A DNA stretch of 56,699 nucleotides, the filler included, from Sphacelaria rigidula (Eukaryota): NCBI GenBank assembly GCA_964200075.2. It is 6 parts of 6 records of this genome, joined end to end, with 100 filler letters (N's around TTAATTAATTAA, not from the genome) between each part and the next. Parts side by side here need not be neighbours in the genome. Positions count along the whole stretch, not along the records: positions 1 to 9,368 come from CAXNAA020008663.1; positions 9,469 to 18,835 come from CAXNAA020008664.1; 4 more parts are not named here. One strand, written 5' to 3'. How positions within the stretch are numbered: the stretch's first letter is position 1; each line of letters starts with the position of its first letter. Of this stretch, positions 1 to 11,484 are shown piece after piece. The position numbers and the translations under genes are program-made. Under the pieces are notes generated by a model, which worked only from the letters and a program-made list of their open reading frames with translations, searched no databases and had not been told where the DNA came from.

Positions 1-117
1 ACGTAAGCGATGGAGGTGAAGCAAATAACACGTGGAATAAAAAAATGACTCATTTAAAGCGAATGATCAAAGCCACTCTCAATCGCATCATCTACTCTCA
101 ATCTCACGAAAACACTG
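1..117 (-). mobile_element. End of a TIR DNA-transposon/MITE (family E, CAGTGTTTTCGTGAGATTGAGAGT terminus, hAT-like), truncated by the contig start
   Basis: Reverse complement aligns with 37640-37756. The same terminal motif occurs at about 660-683 and forms the TIRs of 20821-21311. Confidence 0.55.
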
Positions 118-724
118 TTCATTATAGATGAAGTTGGAACTGCCGGGAGCTCCGAACCCCCCATATCTGTACAGCCAAATCTGGGACCCCCAGGTAACCG
201 CGACCTGACCGATGGAGCCGGCCCAGCCGCAGGGGACCACTTTATACCTGTCCCTTGACGGGTGCACGTGATCCAGCCGTCTACCTTCTCGACTGCGGTC
301 AACATCCTTACCCAATTAATAAGGAAGAAAATCATTGTTTCGCCTTGACGGTTGCACACGTCGGACGAGTCATTACCTGTCGAAACGAGTGCACTTGTGG
401 ATGCTTGTTTAAAACACAGCGAGAATGACTCGTGCGCTCGAGTCATCAACTGCTGTCATAACGAGCAACCACTCGTTTCTCGAGTCATTCAGTTTTTTCA
501 CAACGAGCAATGATTCGTGTGCTCGCCCCATTATTATTTACGGCCAACAACAAGCAGCCCAACGAGTGCGATTGCCACGAGTCATACTAGTGCTCGTCCG
601 ACGTGTGGACGGTTGCTACCGTCACCCCGAAGTCCCGCGACTTTCCACATCAATGCTAAACTCTCAGTCTCACGAAAATATTGCTTATGGCGAATGTCAG
701 GCCGGAAAAAAACGTGGAATCAAG

Positions 725-3259
725 CTACCCCTGTCGCGGGTGGGATACGGCCGCGGACATGTGACGAGAGGGACCGAACACGTCTGGTTCTGACTTCACG
801 TCGGCTCCACCTTTCTCAGGCAACACATCACCGCCTGCTGCCACATCGAATATCGGCTCGACCTCCACGGTCAGGCGTTGCCGCTTTGTGTTCCTTCTGC
901 TTGTGATGCCTCCACCATAGCTCCTGTTCCGGGTAGCGCTACTGGACCCGCCTTCTTCCATGCTGTTGTAACTGCTGGGTCGAGAAGTAAGCACTTCGCC
1001 ACTATTTCCTCTACCCTCAAAAACTCGCGGAAGCGCAACCGTTGTCTCAACTTCCATCTTCATGCACGTCTCTGCCCCACCCAGACAAGCTGCATCTACT
1101 GTCGCCGCGCCGAGAGGCGGTCCCGAACCGGCAGGCGACGTTATCAGAGGATTCGCATCCCATCGCCCAACGCGAATTGCACGCGAGCTGCCACGAGAAT
1201 CAGCGTTACGAACACCATCGCTCGTGTCGGGCCCGGCATCCAAGGGATGGCTGGGCGCTTCACGCCGTCCATCGATACCGACACCAGTCACTCTCGCCGA
1301 CAAGTCATCGTTCAGGCGGTTCTTTTCCTGGACAAGTCCTCCGGCAACAAACGCCATGGTCAAGTCATGTGCATGATGACGTGTACTCCCGTGCTCCCGC
1401 ACCTGGTCAGCACAACGCTGCGGGGCACACTCATCGCTGTTCATAAAGATCGTTCCTACGCGGTCGTGCGTGGCGTAGAATCCCATTTCCTTGCTGCCTG
1501 TAGCATCAACCAATGATTGTGAGGAGCAGTCCTCGCGGCTGAACCGCTGGCTTACTACATTGGCTATGCCCACTTGGGCGTACGTGGCACGTGATTCGAC
1601 CTTTGTGCTACCGGCTGCACCGAACGATGGCTGCTCGGAGCAGCCCTCATTGCCGCACCGCGTTCTCACCACATCGATCATGCCCGGCCGGGCGTGCGTG
1701 GCGCAGAATTCCGCCTTCCTGCCACCGGCTGCCCCGACCGATGGTTGCTTGGAGCAGCCCTCGCTGCCGCACCCCTTGCTCACTACATCGACCATGCCCG
1801 GCCGGGCGTGCGTGACGCAAAACTCCGCCTTGCCCCCGGCTGCACCGAACGATGGCTGTTCGGAGCAGCCCTCGCTGGCGCACCGCTTGCTCACTACATC
1901 GATCATGCCCGGCTGGCCGTGCGTGGCGCAGAACTTTGGCTTCTCGCTACCGGCTGCACCATACGATGGCTGTTTGGAGCAACCCTCGTTGCCACACCGC
2001 TTGCTTACCACATCGATCATTCCCAGAGCGTGCGTGGCGCAGAACTCCGCTTTGCTACCAGCTGCACCAAACGATGGGTATTTGGAGCAACCATTTTTGC
2101 CGCACCTTTTGATTTGAACACGGATCATGCCGATTCTGGCGTGTGTGGCGCAGAACTCCGCCTTCCCACCATCGGCCGCACCGAACGTTGCGTGTTTGGA
2201 GCAGCCCTTGTGACCGCACCGTCTACGTGTTGTGACCATGCCCGGCCGCGCGTGTGTGGCGCAGAACTCCGCCTTCTTGCCACCGACCGTACCGAACGAG
2301 GGAAATTTGAAGCATCCCTCGCTGCCGCATCGCCTGCTCAACACGTCGACCATGCCCGGCCGGGCGTGTGTGGCGCAAAATTCCGCCTTCTTGCCCCCGG
2401 CCGCACCACGCGATGGGTATTTGGTACAGCCCTCGCTGTCGCACTGCTTGTTTACGACGTTGACCATGCCGGCCCGCGCGTGTGTGGCGCAGAATTCTGG
2501 TTTTTTGCTACCATCTGCACCATACGATGACTGCTTGGAGCAGCCCTCGTTGCCGCACCGCCTGCTCACCACATCGACCATCCCCACTCGAGCGTGCGTG
2601 GCGCAGAACTCCGGCTTGCTACCGGGTGCACCAAACGATGGGTATGTGGAGCAGCCCTCGTTGGTGCATCTCTTGATTTGAATCTGGATCATACCAACTC
2701 GGGCATGTGTGGAGCAGAACTCCGCCTTTCCACCACCGGCTGTACCGAACGTTGCGTGCTTGGAGCAACTCTTGTTGCCGCACTTCTTGGTTTTAACATG
2801 GATCATGCCCACGGCGGCGTGCCTGGCACAGAACTCTGCCTTCCGCGTATCGGCTGCACCGAACGATGCCTGTTTGGAGCAGCCCTGGTGGCCGCACCGC
2901 TTACGTCTATTGACCATGCCCGGCCGCGCGTGTGTGGCGCAGAACTCCGCCTTTTTGAAGCCGACCGCACCGAACGATGGGTATTTGAAGCATCCCTCGC
3001 TGCCGCACCGATTACGCACCACATTGACCATGCCCGGTCGGGCGTGTGAGGCGCAGAATTCTTCCTTCTTGCCACCGGCCGCACCATACAATGGGTATTC
3101 GGTACAGCCCTCGCTGCCGCACCGCTTGCTCACTACATTGACCATGTCCGGCCGGGCGTGTTTAGCGCAGAACTCTGCCTTCCTGCCAGCGGTGGCACCG
3201 AACGATGCGACTTTGACGCAGCCCTCGCTACCGCAACGTTTGTTCACTACATTGACCAT
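725..3259 (-). CDS. EsV-1-7 cysteine-rich repeat protein (IMMEDIATE UPRIGHT/EsV-1-7 family), about 844 aa, apparently intronless
   Basis: 14 intact 36-38 aa repeats of consensus MV.VV.KRCG.EGC.K.PSFGA.G.KAEFCATHAR.G (C-x4-C-x15/16-C-x2-H), then 2-3 degenerate repeats and a low-complexity tail. First in-frame ATG is at 3259; the ORF track starts at GTG 3265. Confidence 0.88.
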   Translation of the reverse strand: MVNVVNKRCGSEGCVKVASFGATAGRKAEFCAKHARPDMVNVVSKRCGSEGCTEYPLYGAAGGKKEEFCASHARPGMVNVVRNRCGSEGCFKYPSFGAVGFKKAEFCATHARPGMVNRRKRCGHQGCSKQASFGAADTRKAEFCARHAAVGMIHVKTKKCGNKSCSKHATFGTAGGGKAEFCSTHARVGMIQIQIKRCTNEGCSTYPSFGAPGSKPEFCATHARVGMVDVVSRRCGNEGCSKQSSYGADGSKKPEFCATHARAGMVNVVNKQCDSEGCTKYPSRGAAGGKKAEFCATHARPGMVDVLSRRCGSEGCFKFPSFGTVGGKKAEFCATHARPGMVTTRRRCGHKGCSKHATFGAADGGKAEFCATHARIGMIRVQIKRCGKNGCSKYPSFGAAGSKAEFCATHALGMIDVVSKRCGNEGCSKQPSYGAAGSEKPKFCATHGQPGMIDVVSKRCASEGCSEQPSFGAAGGKAEFCVTHARPGMVDVVSKGCGSEGCSKQPSVGAAGGRKAEFCATHARPGMIDVVRTRCGNEGCSEQPSFGAAGSTKVESRATYAQVGIANVVSQRFSREDCSSQSLVDATGSKEMGFYATHDRVGTIFMNSDECAPQRCADQVREHGSTRHHAHDLTMAFVAGGLVQEKNRLNDDLSARVTGVGIDGRREAPSHPLDAGPDTSDGVRNADSRGSSRAIRVGRWDANPLITSPAGSGPPLGAATVDAACLGGAETCMKMEVETTVALPRVFEGRGNSGEVLTSRPSSYNSMEEGGSSSATRNRSYGGGITSRRNTKRQRLTVEVEPIFDVAAGGDVLPEKGGADVKSEPDVFGPSRHMSAAVSHPRQG

Positions 3260-3552
3260 GCCCACGCCGGCATGCGTGGCGTAGAATTCCGCCTTCCTAC
3301 CAACGGCTGCACCAAACCATGGTTGTTTTGGGGCAGCTCTCGTTGCCGCACCGCTCGTTGACTACATCGACTATGCCCGGCCGGGCGTGAGTGGTGCAGA
3401 ACTCCGCCTTCCTGCCACCGTCTGTACCGAACGATGGGTTTTTGGAGCAACCCTCGCTGCTGCACCGCCTGTTCACCGAACTGACAATGCCCGGTCGGGC
3501 GTATGTGGCGCAAGCTCCGCCTCCCTGCTACAGGCTGCACCGAACGATATCG
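3260..3552 (-). pseudogene. About 2.5 additional EsV-1-7 repeats upstream of the ORF, broken by two frameshifts
   Basis: Manual translation gives SFGAACSREAE/.CATYARPGIVSSVNRRCSSEGCSKNPSFGTDGGRKAEFCTTHARPGIVDVVNERCGNESCPK/QPWFGAAVGRKAEFYATH, with frame breaks near 3513 and 3327. Confidence 0.75.
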
Positions 3553-3590
3553 CCCTAGACTAGAGAAGGGGTCAATGCGATGGTTGTTTC

Positions 3591-3614
3591 GCTGCTGCTG
3601 CTGCTACTACTGCT
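3591..3614. repeat. (CTG/CTA)n microsatellite
   Basis: gctgctgctgctgctactactgct. Confidence 0.7.
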
Positions 3615-5373
3615 CCTGCGATCCTGCGATCCACACCGCCACAAATCCGCTAACCAAGCCAGCTCACGAATCCAGCAGCAGCCTGCATCAATCATACAGA
3701 AAAAGTAAACGATGTTACCGTGATCATGATATTTTGGTGGCTAAACACGTAGGCTGGAGTATATTTGACAATCCAACCATCGAATCGACAGGCGACAAGA
3801 ATAGCTACTGCAGCACGGGGGAGACGGTGCTTTTCGATAAGCATCGCAGTGCCGATAATGATTCTGCAACACCGTGGGAAGGGACGGGTGCTCGACTCTA
3901 AACACGCACAGAAATCCCTAGTGCCGAGATCGCCCGTAAAGCCTCTGACCATTACAATTGCTGAATAAACGACGCGCCGACGACCACTTTGCTTTGCGCG
4001 CCCTGCATCGGGCGTCACACAGTCCGGTCAGTATATGTGAGTGATAGTCTTCCGCAATAAACTAGTAGCGCCAAAGTCCATACCAGTTCCGTTGCGGATT
4101 AAGCGTACTGTCATGGGCTGTTGGGAAACATCACCCTATCCTGTGTGGATAGGCAAAGGGTGCTCTACTGCATGCGGTGACGGTAGGCACCGGTAGGGGA
4201 ATTGTATGTGTCACTCTTCCCGCCATGCGGAACCCACCGGGAAGAATGTTTTCAGGGGCTGTACTCACATCAGTCGCCCTTGACGTCACCTGTACCGAAA
4301 AGCTAGAGAGCTTCGAACGAGCGAGGTTTACAGAAATGCCTCCCTCTCGGAAGGTTGGTGTTACGCCGTTGCTGTCCATTTTCCTGGAAGGTGTTTTCAC
4401 AACATCCTGCAACGCTTCAACTAGTCGGTATGAGCCCTCACGAGCTGGTGGAGTGCTGAGTCCGGAAGTATTGTACCACGACATCTGAACGTAGGAACAA
4501 GGACTCTTGGAGGTGCTCATACTTCCATCAACCGGCGCCCTTCGGCACAGGCCGTAGGCATGACACGAAACAGGAGTTATCGACAGGCCATTCGGCCAAT
4601 AAACGTCGGAAGCTGTGGATCTGTATGCATGTCCGTACAGCTATTTCCTGCGGCTGTGTGTACTGTGTGCAGATGCACAGCGGCACTGGCTGCTTTGTGA
4701 TGTTGCCGCATTCTGCGCTGCGCCGTCTGTCGATACCGTGCAAGCCGTACTTTTGCGTACGTAATATCTGTACAATTGGTTGCACCATGCCAGATGGACG
4801 CTTTCCCGACGACCCCCTGCTACGACAACTTTGATTTCTCGGGGAACAGTCAACTTTCCTCAACGAGATAAGCGCAGAAAGCATATCTCGAGGTAAACGT
4901 ATCTCGGAGAATTTCTTTCTTTGAAAGGTTCCATAAGAAGCGGTTTGAGGAATACAACCTGGTGAGAACGCTGGAAATTGTTGTTTGAACCATGACAGGC
5001 AGCGCTCAACTTTTTTGAGGTCTGCTGTGTTTATTGCTTGCATTTCTGACCGCGAGTCCCAGCAATACAGAATGTCGCTGTCGCATGAAAACAAAATAAA
5101 AAACGACTGCGGACATGCAAGAGTAAGTAGCTGGAGAAGTGGAGCTTTTGCCCCGCGCTCGAGGACATCAGGTTGTCTATCATGCGGTTATGGGAGAAGC
5201 GTCTGCTGTTGTACTGAGTGCAGTGAGCCAGGCAACTTTGACGTGTTGCAATTGTGTTCATTTTGATTTTGGTCAATTCTACGGCATCTGAGTAATGACC
5301 AACTTCTCATTTCTTGTTTTCATGTCGCACTTACAAGTGTGCGCATCCTACGGATAGTACAGTACAGTACAGT

Positions 5374-7604
5374 TATGGGTACGCCTGACCCCCCAAATTG
5401 GGCAAAAAAAGTGTCACCGACCAAAATCACGGAAAGACAAGAACATATCGACTTGTGGGGCTTATCCAGGCTCGTCGGGTAAAATATGCCTTACGCCATC
5501 GGAAGAGAATGGCATGGATCCAAAATTCATATACAAAACCCTACCGTTACTTCCGTTGTTGTTCCTCATACATTACATGCCACTGCGTCGCTTTTCGTCC
5601 GCGCTTACGATACGCTGGAATGCCAGGAGGCCAGCTGGATTGACCCAACCCAACGCACACCGAGAACCCTCGGACAAGGGCGGTACATACATTCTCTAAA
5701 CAAAGTGAGGCCCTGGTAGACCCCAAATCTGCGCTTGTGGCGCCGATTCCAACGAAAACACGTTCTGCTCACACGAAGAGCCCACGGAACCGTCAGTCTT
5801 ACATTCCGATTCTCGTTGTACACACTCAAGTAATTTCAACCATGAACATTTGTAGCCCAGCGCCGGTAACTGAAACCGGAACGCTGAACCATTTATTTTT
5901 GGGAACGCGGATCAAAATTGGGGCAAAATGATATATGCTCAATATGCGACAGAACCATATGTACTGATGAGAATCAACGAGGACGTCCTTTACACGGACG
6001 AGCGGAGTACAGTCGCCGGGTGTGTCATGTAGGCTGGGTGGATGTTGGTCGACTTCCTCATGTTTTGAGGAGTTTGATTTATCGGATACCATCGTTCTAC
6101 AATTTTAGCGGACGAATGACTCGCCCTGTGCAAGCGTATTTGTTGTTCCGTTGGTATGCCTTTTCGTTTCATGAATATGCATGATCTTCATCGGACTCCC
6201 AAGATATCGTGTTCCAAGAGGAAATAAAAACAAACCGTCGGCCGTCACCCACCGCTGCCGATACAACAGACGCGTGTCTTAGAACGGGTTGGTGCACTGA
6301 AAGACATGAATGGGGCTTCGGTGCCATGTGGCTTCAGCAAAAGTAGGCCGACGATTTTATCCTATCTTTTGTGTCGTCTTGACGCAGTATAGTTGAGCAT
6401 TCGGGAGGGTATGTTGGTCCATCTTGATTTTAGTGCCAACACCGAAATTCGGATATTTTCATGGGAGCTGTGCTCCTAGCATGCTCCTAGTGTGTCCACA
6501 ACGCGTTTTTGTCTGAATTAGCGCCTGGGGCAACGATCTGAGGTCTGGCGACGCACACTTCGCTTAGGGTACACGTTGCATCCGTCTCGCCCGAGGATTC
6601 TCGCTGTGCCCTTGTTGTGGTTAGGGTTAGGTTTGGTGTTATAATTTTTTCGCCTCGCTGCTGCAAGGTCGCAAACATGATTCTTGCTTTCGTTTGTGCG
6701 ACTCATGACCATGTCTATAACGGCTGCTGAAGTGTGTTGTCATTGCGGATACTGCTCCCTCTTCTTGAACGCCAGCTTGCTCTGTGGCTTGCTTTCCTCC
6801 TTCAGTTCAGAGTTTGTCCATGCTTGCCGCCAGGTGAGATTAGATACAATGCTACGCTATCGATGGTCGCGTGGTGATGGCACCGCGTGCAGGAGAACGA
6901 GCGCTACTCTTTCCACTATCACAAGCGATGCACAGATGGGGGTAAATGTCTCGCAGACACGGAAACTTCTAGGGGTTCGGTCGAAGGTTCAAATTCCACA
7001 CCTGTCGAACATTCCACACATGCGATGGATCAACAATCTGCACTATCAAGAGTCATTCATGGGTGTAACTATTCTGAGGCCCTTAGACACGGGTGAGGTT
7101 TTCGCATGTCATGGAAACCGGCGAGTGTTGGAGGCGCTGGTTTGCGCTCATAGCTCAAACGGTTGCCCCCATTACTCATCGCCAAGGCCATCGATTGGGA
7201 TGCGATTTTTTGCACCATCTGCGCCAAGACGACAGCTACAAATCCCGTGATCGATTTGTTCATCTCATCGGGGTTCGAGCTTTGTAACAAACGAAATGGA
7301 AAAAACATGTTTTTTTCTGCGATTTTCTCATCATCACAACTCCTTTGGTTCCACAATCGTATCAGATTGTAGATTGGACAAATGCGCGCCGCTGAGTGGC
7401 CGAGGCACGCCGTGGTTCGTAGCCCGGGACGATGAAAATGGAAAATCGTCAAGTGGAAACCACACTTAGACCACAAGTACTTTGAGGGATTTTACGGCGT
7501 GTATAGTCAGTGTATAGTCAGGGGATGAACGAGATCTCCGGTCTGTTCATGCTTTCGGTCGGTGACACTTTTTTGCCCATTTTGGGGGGTCAGGCGCACC
7601 CATA
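5374..7604. mobile_element. Non-autonomous TIR DNA transposon, about 2.2 kb, superfamily uncertain
   Basis: TIRs of about 65 bp: tatgggtacgcctgaccccccaaattgggcaaaaaaagtgtcaccgacc... and ...ggtcggtgacacttttttgcccattttggggggtcaggcgcacccata. Flanked by ACAGT direct repeats. No intact transposase ORF. Confidence 0.8.
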
Positions 7605-9368
7605 ACAGTACTGTAAAAAATACAACATGGTACAGTGTACCGTTTCACGTTAGGAATGGCAACAACGGAGGGTTTTCCTGTTCCTTTATATTTTGCTGTA
7701 ACTGATGAAATACCACTTGCGTTAATATCAAAAGTTACTTCAGTTTGAGGAACTTTCCGCGGTGGGGTATGGAGGCGTTCAATTCCTCTGTAAACGCATC
7801 GACTCCATACGCTACACGATTTGGTGAAGTATCACTACATGCCGATATTTTGCGTCCAAGAGAACTGTTCTCCATCGACCACTGCACATGCTCGTGTCGT
7901 GAGGCTGTGTCTTCCCAAGGTGGGGAAATCTGTCGCAACCGCCGCGGCATATGCAAACGTGACGCGGAATCCCACACGATACATGATCCTGAGAATCCCC
8001 GGACACCCGCAGAGCTCCTGATCAGCCGAGCATGTCGTGCTTTGCTTTGGCCAAATCGGTTCAATATCAAACGAGAAACAGTAGTTCACGTCAGACGCGC
8101 GCCGAAAACGTTCACGCATGAGGGTCAGCAACGACACATTTTCGGTTGAATTGGGCACAAATGCATCCACCCTTCCTCGGATACTAGACGGATTTCCATC
8201 CCGATCGTTCCGATGTATAGATGAGCACGGTCTAGCGGTGGAGCTCATGCACGTGAGCGGTGGGTATCTGCGCATGTTCCTCGCTCTGTAGGTATCATGC
8301 TTTATTGTCGCGTGTTTCGCATACCAGTACAGAGAAGTTGGACAAACAACCGCCGCTACAACCACCACATTTTTCGAACCTTTGCGGCTTGTACCCGGAC
8401 AGAACACGCATTCCTTCCTTGAGCGCGCGTGAGGCTGTTCCTCTCAAATTGGTGGTCGTCAGGATGTGCCACTTGGGTGTTGAATCCATACCCTGCAGTG
8501 ATCGTGCCGCAGTACTACACGGATTTAACGGACCCGCGACGTGCCATGCGATGAACATACCACCAGCAGCTAGCGGAGGGAATTGCGCCTGCAGTGCTAC
8601 CACAGTGCAGTGCACTACTGTAACATTGAGCACAGCAGCTAGTCACTGAACAGCAGCTGTGCAAGTTCGGCAAAGCTTCGAGACATGAATCGGGATGCCC
8701 TGGGGGAGCGCATGCCATTCTGGGATCTCTCATAACCAGTGAGAAAAATCACAAGTCGCTTTTTCATCAAAAGATTCGTGATCACCCGGCGCGCATGTCT
8801 GCAAAGCTCCGGAGTCCACCTCCACAAAAAGACGTGAAGATTTTCGCTGTTTTGCGATGAATTGAGCTTGAAAGATACCAAGTCTTACCATATGTTTCAT
8901 TAATTTCGAATTTTAGGGTGTGTTCAGGGTGAAAGCGAACCCACTTCCAACCGTTTTTCGAGTTATGCAGCGAAACTCTGGATAAATCTTGCTGAAGACC
9001 ACCCCGGAACGCGTTTTTTTTTTTCGAGACATTATGTACCGACTCCAGATGGTATTCACGCCGACACCTACAGAACTGACAAGTTCGAGGGCGGTCTGAG
9101 CTCTTCGACGGGAACAAAGGGGGCATTCTGGGTCTTCACCGCATACCATGAGTGCAAATTCCGACGCCACAACCACCTCGCCGAAATACCACGGTTTTCA
9201 TTCGTTTTGTGTTAGATTTCTTAGCTGATGGTGGTGAGTACGACTTGACGGATGCGGGAGTTGGGTGAAAGCTCTCTCATCCATGAATTCACTTAGGGCC
9301 GAAGCTCTTGAGAGCAGGGCGGCGCGTGTACTGCGCCAAGTTGACAGGGGGTTTTAGTGGGAGCATCC

Positions 9369-9468
9369 NNNNNNNNNNNNNNNNNNNNNNNNNNNNNNNN
9401 NNNNNNNNNNNNTTAATTAATTAANNNNNNNNNNNNNNNNNNNNNNNNNNNNNNNNNNNNNNNNNNNN
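9369..9468. other. Artificial contig linker (N44-TTAATTAATTAA-N44)
   Basis: 100 bp spacer with stop codons in all six frames. Confidence 0.97.
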
Positions 9469-11241
9469 TGACAAATGTCCTTCATATGGACCTCCCCTTC
9501 CCTCCCGTCCTCCCTAAAACTATTTCGAGGGATTTTTAGCCTTATATTCCCCCAAAGGGTGTGTGCGAAAGCACATTCTTGCCTCGATTTCGGGGTGAGA
9601 AAAAGACGTTTTTTGTCCCCAAAGCTGATGATGGGATTAAAGCCAGCGTGGCTACTGATGATGGCGATGGAAACCAGCTGTGCGCCCATGAATAGCCACT
9701 TGACGTGAAATTACAAAATTTACAACTTCGTGTAAACAGCATTGTTGCGTTTTCAACTTGGGTAAGAAAACAGTACCTGCCAATGGCAGTCGTTCTGAAT
9801 GCAATAATAGTACGGAAGCTCAGGTAATCCAGCAGAGACTACCGTCAACAAGTTTGGCAAGGTTTGAATACACGATTGTGCAGTGATAGGTGCAGCACAT
9901 GAGAGAGCCGCAGGCCGTCTGCGTGCGCGCTGCTGTACAACGAAACGTGACGTGTCCCATTTTACTTCTTGTGCCAGATTTTGAACTGGCGTTCAAGCGT
10001 TCAGAATCGCCCCCCAATTCCGAACGCTTGGCCAAAATTTTGTAATATTTTGGCCTCGTTCAGAATTTAGGAGGTCGAAATCTTGACGATTTTGTTCCAT
10101 AATGGTCGGTTTCGTGACCACCTGTTCAAAGTTTTCGAAAAATGAAATCTGAACGGCTCCCATTAAAGTCGGTATCATAACGAGAAATCACGCGTTCTAA
10201 TCGAGGGTTGGGAAAATATGACAAAGACAGTGACGGTACCAGCGCGTGAAAAGACCAGCGACTTCCAGCAACGCGGCAATCAAGCGCAAGGCGTATGGGC
10301 ATATTCGCAGGTCGAAACGCGGACCGCCTCCCGCACGAGATGAAGAAGCAGCAGCAAGAGCAACATTTAAGCAGATGGTTGCACGTGGTCCGTGCGCGTG
10401 AGGATAGCAGTCGGTCTTCCCCTCAACAAGCAAGCGGCTGCTGAGCGCAACTGTTCAGCACCACTACCGACAGAAATTCGGCGACTGCCGACGACACCAT
10501 TCTTACCGTCACTTCAGTGATTTTTTTATTACTGTATGTGTCAATATGTTGTAATTGATGCTGCTCGGAAACTCTGCAATCCTGTTCCCCATCTTCAAGA
10601 AACTCCTGCCGAACCTTCACTGTGGGTTCGAAAAGTTCAGGACGTGTCAACCATGGGAATTCGCGACATACTCCCGCACAGCTGTTCCTGAGACACGCCC
10701 GAGTTCAGCTGGGTGGTGATGTCCTGCTTGGTACAGACATCCAGCTTGGTGTAGATGCCCAGCTTGTGTGAATGTCGTTTGAGTTCTCGAAGTGTTCAGT
10801 TCAAGTTTTGCTTGAAACCTCTGAATCGTCGGCACGATTAGCCGACTGATGTGCATCGGCGGGGAAAGAAATTTTTGCGCAAGATGGTTCGTCCACAAGA
10901 AATTTCGCGAGACAATTCTTCGCAAACTCTGCTACCTACGTTCAGCGTAAATAGTTAACAAACGAAACTGCCAATTTCCCCTACTTCCGTGGGATCGTCC
11001 GTTTCTCCGATGTGACAGCGTCAGTACTGTAGTGGATTTCCTATTCTCTTGCCAACCATAGTATACCTAGGTTATCGCTGACTCTCTGGAACCTCTATCC
11101 AATAGTCCAGATTCCTACCCGCTCTCTCTCTCTCTCTCCCTGCCCCTCACACGCCCACTATTTCTCACTCCTACTGACTCTCAAGAACAGCGAACATCAG
11201 CCCCGCTCGTATCTACCTCCATCAAGACACTCGTCAGCAAC

Positions 11242-11299
11242 ATGCGCGCCTTTTCCCTCTTCGCTGTAATCTCGGCTGCTGTATTGTGCACGTCGTCTG
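11242..11299 (+). CDS. Exon 1 (signal peptide) of a secreted discoidin/F5-8 type C-like protein
   Basis: caacATG context, encodes MRAFSLFAVISAAVLCTSS, ends at donor G|GTGAGT (phase 1), in frame with the exon at 12959. Confidence 0.7.
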
Positions 11300-11484
11300 G
11301 TGAGTGCCAACGCCAATGATTTATGCGCGCGTCTGAGCGCACGCGGTTTGTCTTTCAGTCGACGTCATCTTCCTGAGAGAATATGCTCTCCGTCACAGTC
11401 ATCTATATAGCCACGTTCGAGTGGCGTTTCGAGTGATCCTACGATAGGGGGTGGGGGGGGTATTAAGTATCTCGCATACCGTCG

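Noticed and set aside
90-150. LFIIDE Walker-B-like peptide (also LLLIDE at about 21105-21125)
   Set aside because: No Walker A or sustained ORF; the first straddles a TE terminus, so likely chance
878-3361. Long plus-strand and alternative-frame ORFs over the EsV-1-7 gene
   Set aside because: Antisense shadows of a GC-rich repetitive CDS
660-3600. EsV-1-7 gene captured inside a family E transposon
   Set aside because: The TIR-like motif at about 660-683 is oriented so that its element lies to the left, and no partner TIR was found beyond the gene
4131-5094. Two minus-strand ORFs (129 and 188 aa) upstream of the EsV-1-7 gene
   Set aside because: No recognisable motif or splice support; cannot be called viral or transposase
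9413-9424. TTAATTAATTAA recurring every ~9.47 kb
   Set aside because: Synthetic all-frame stop linker inside N runs, not biology
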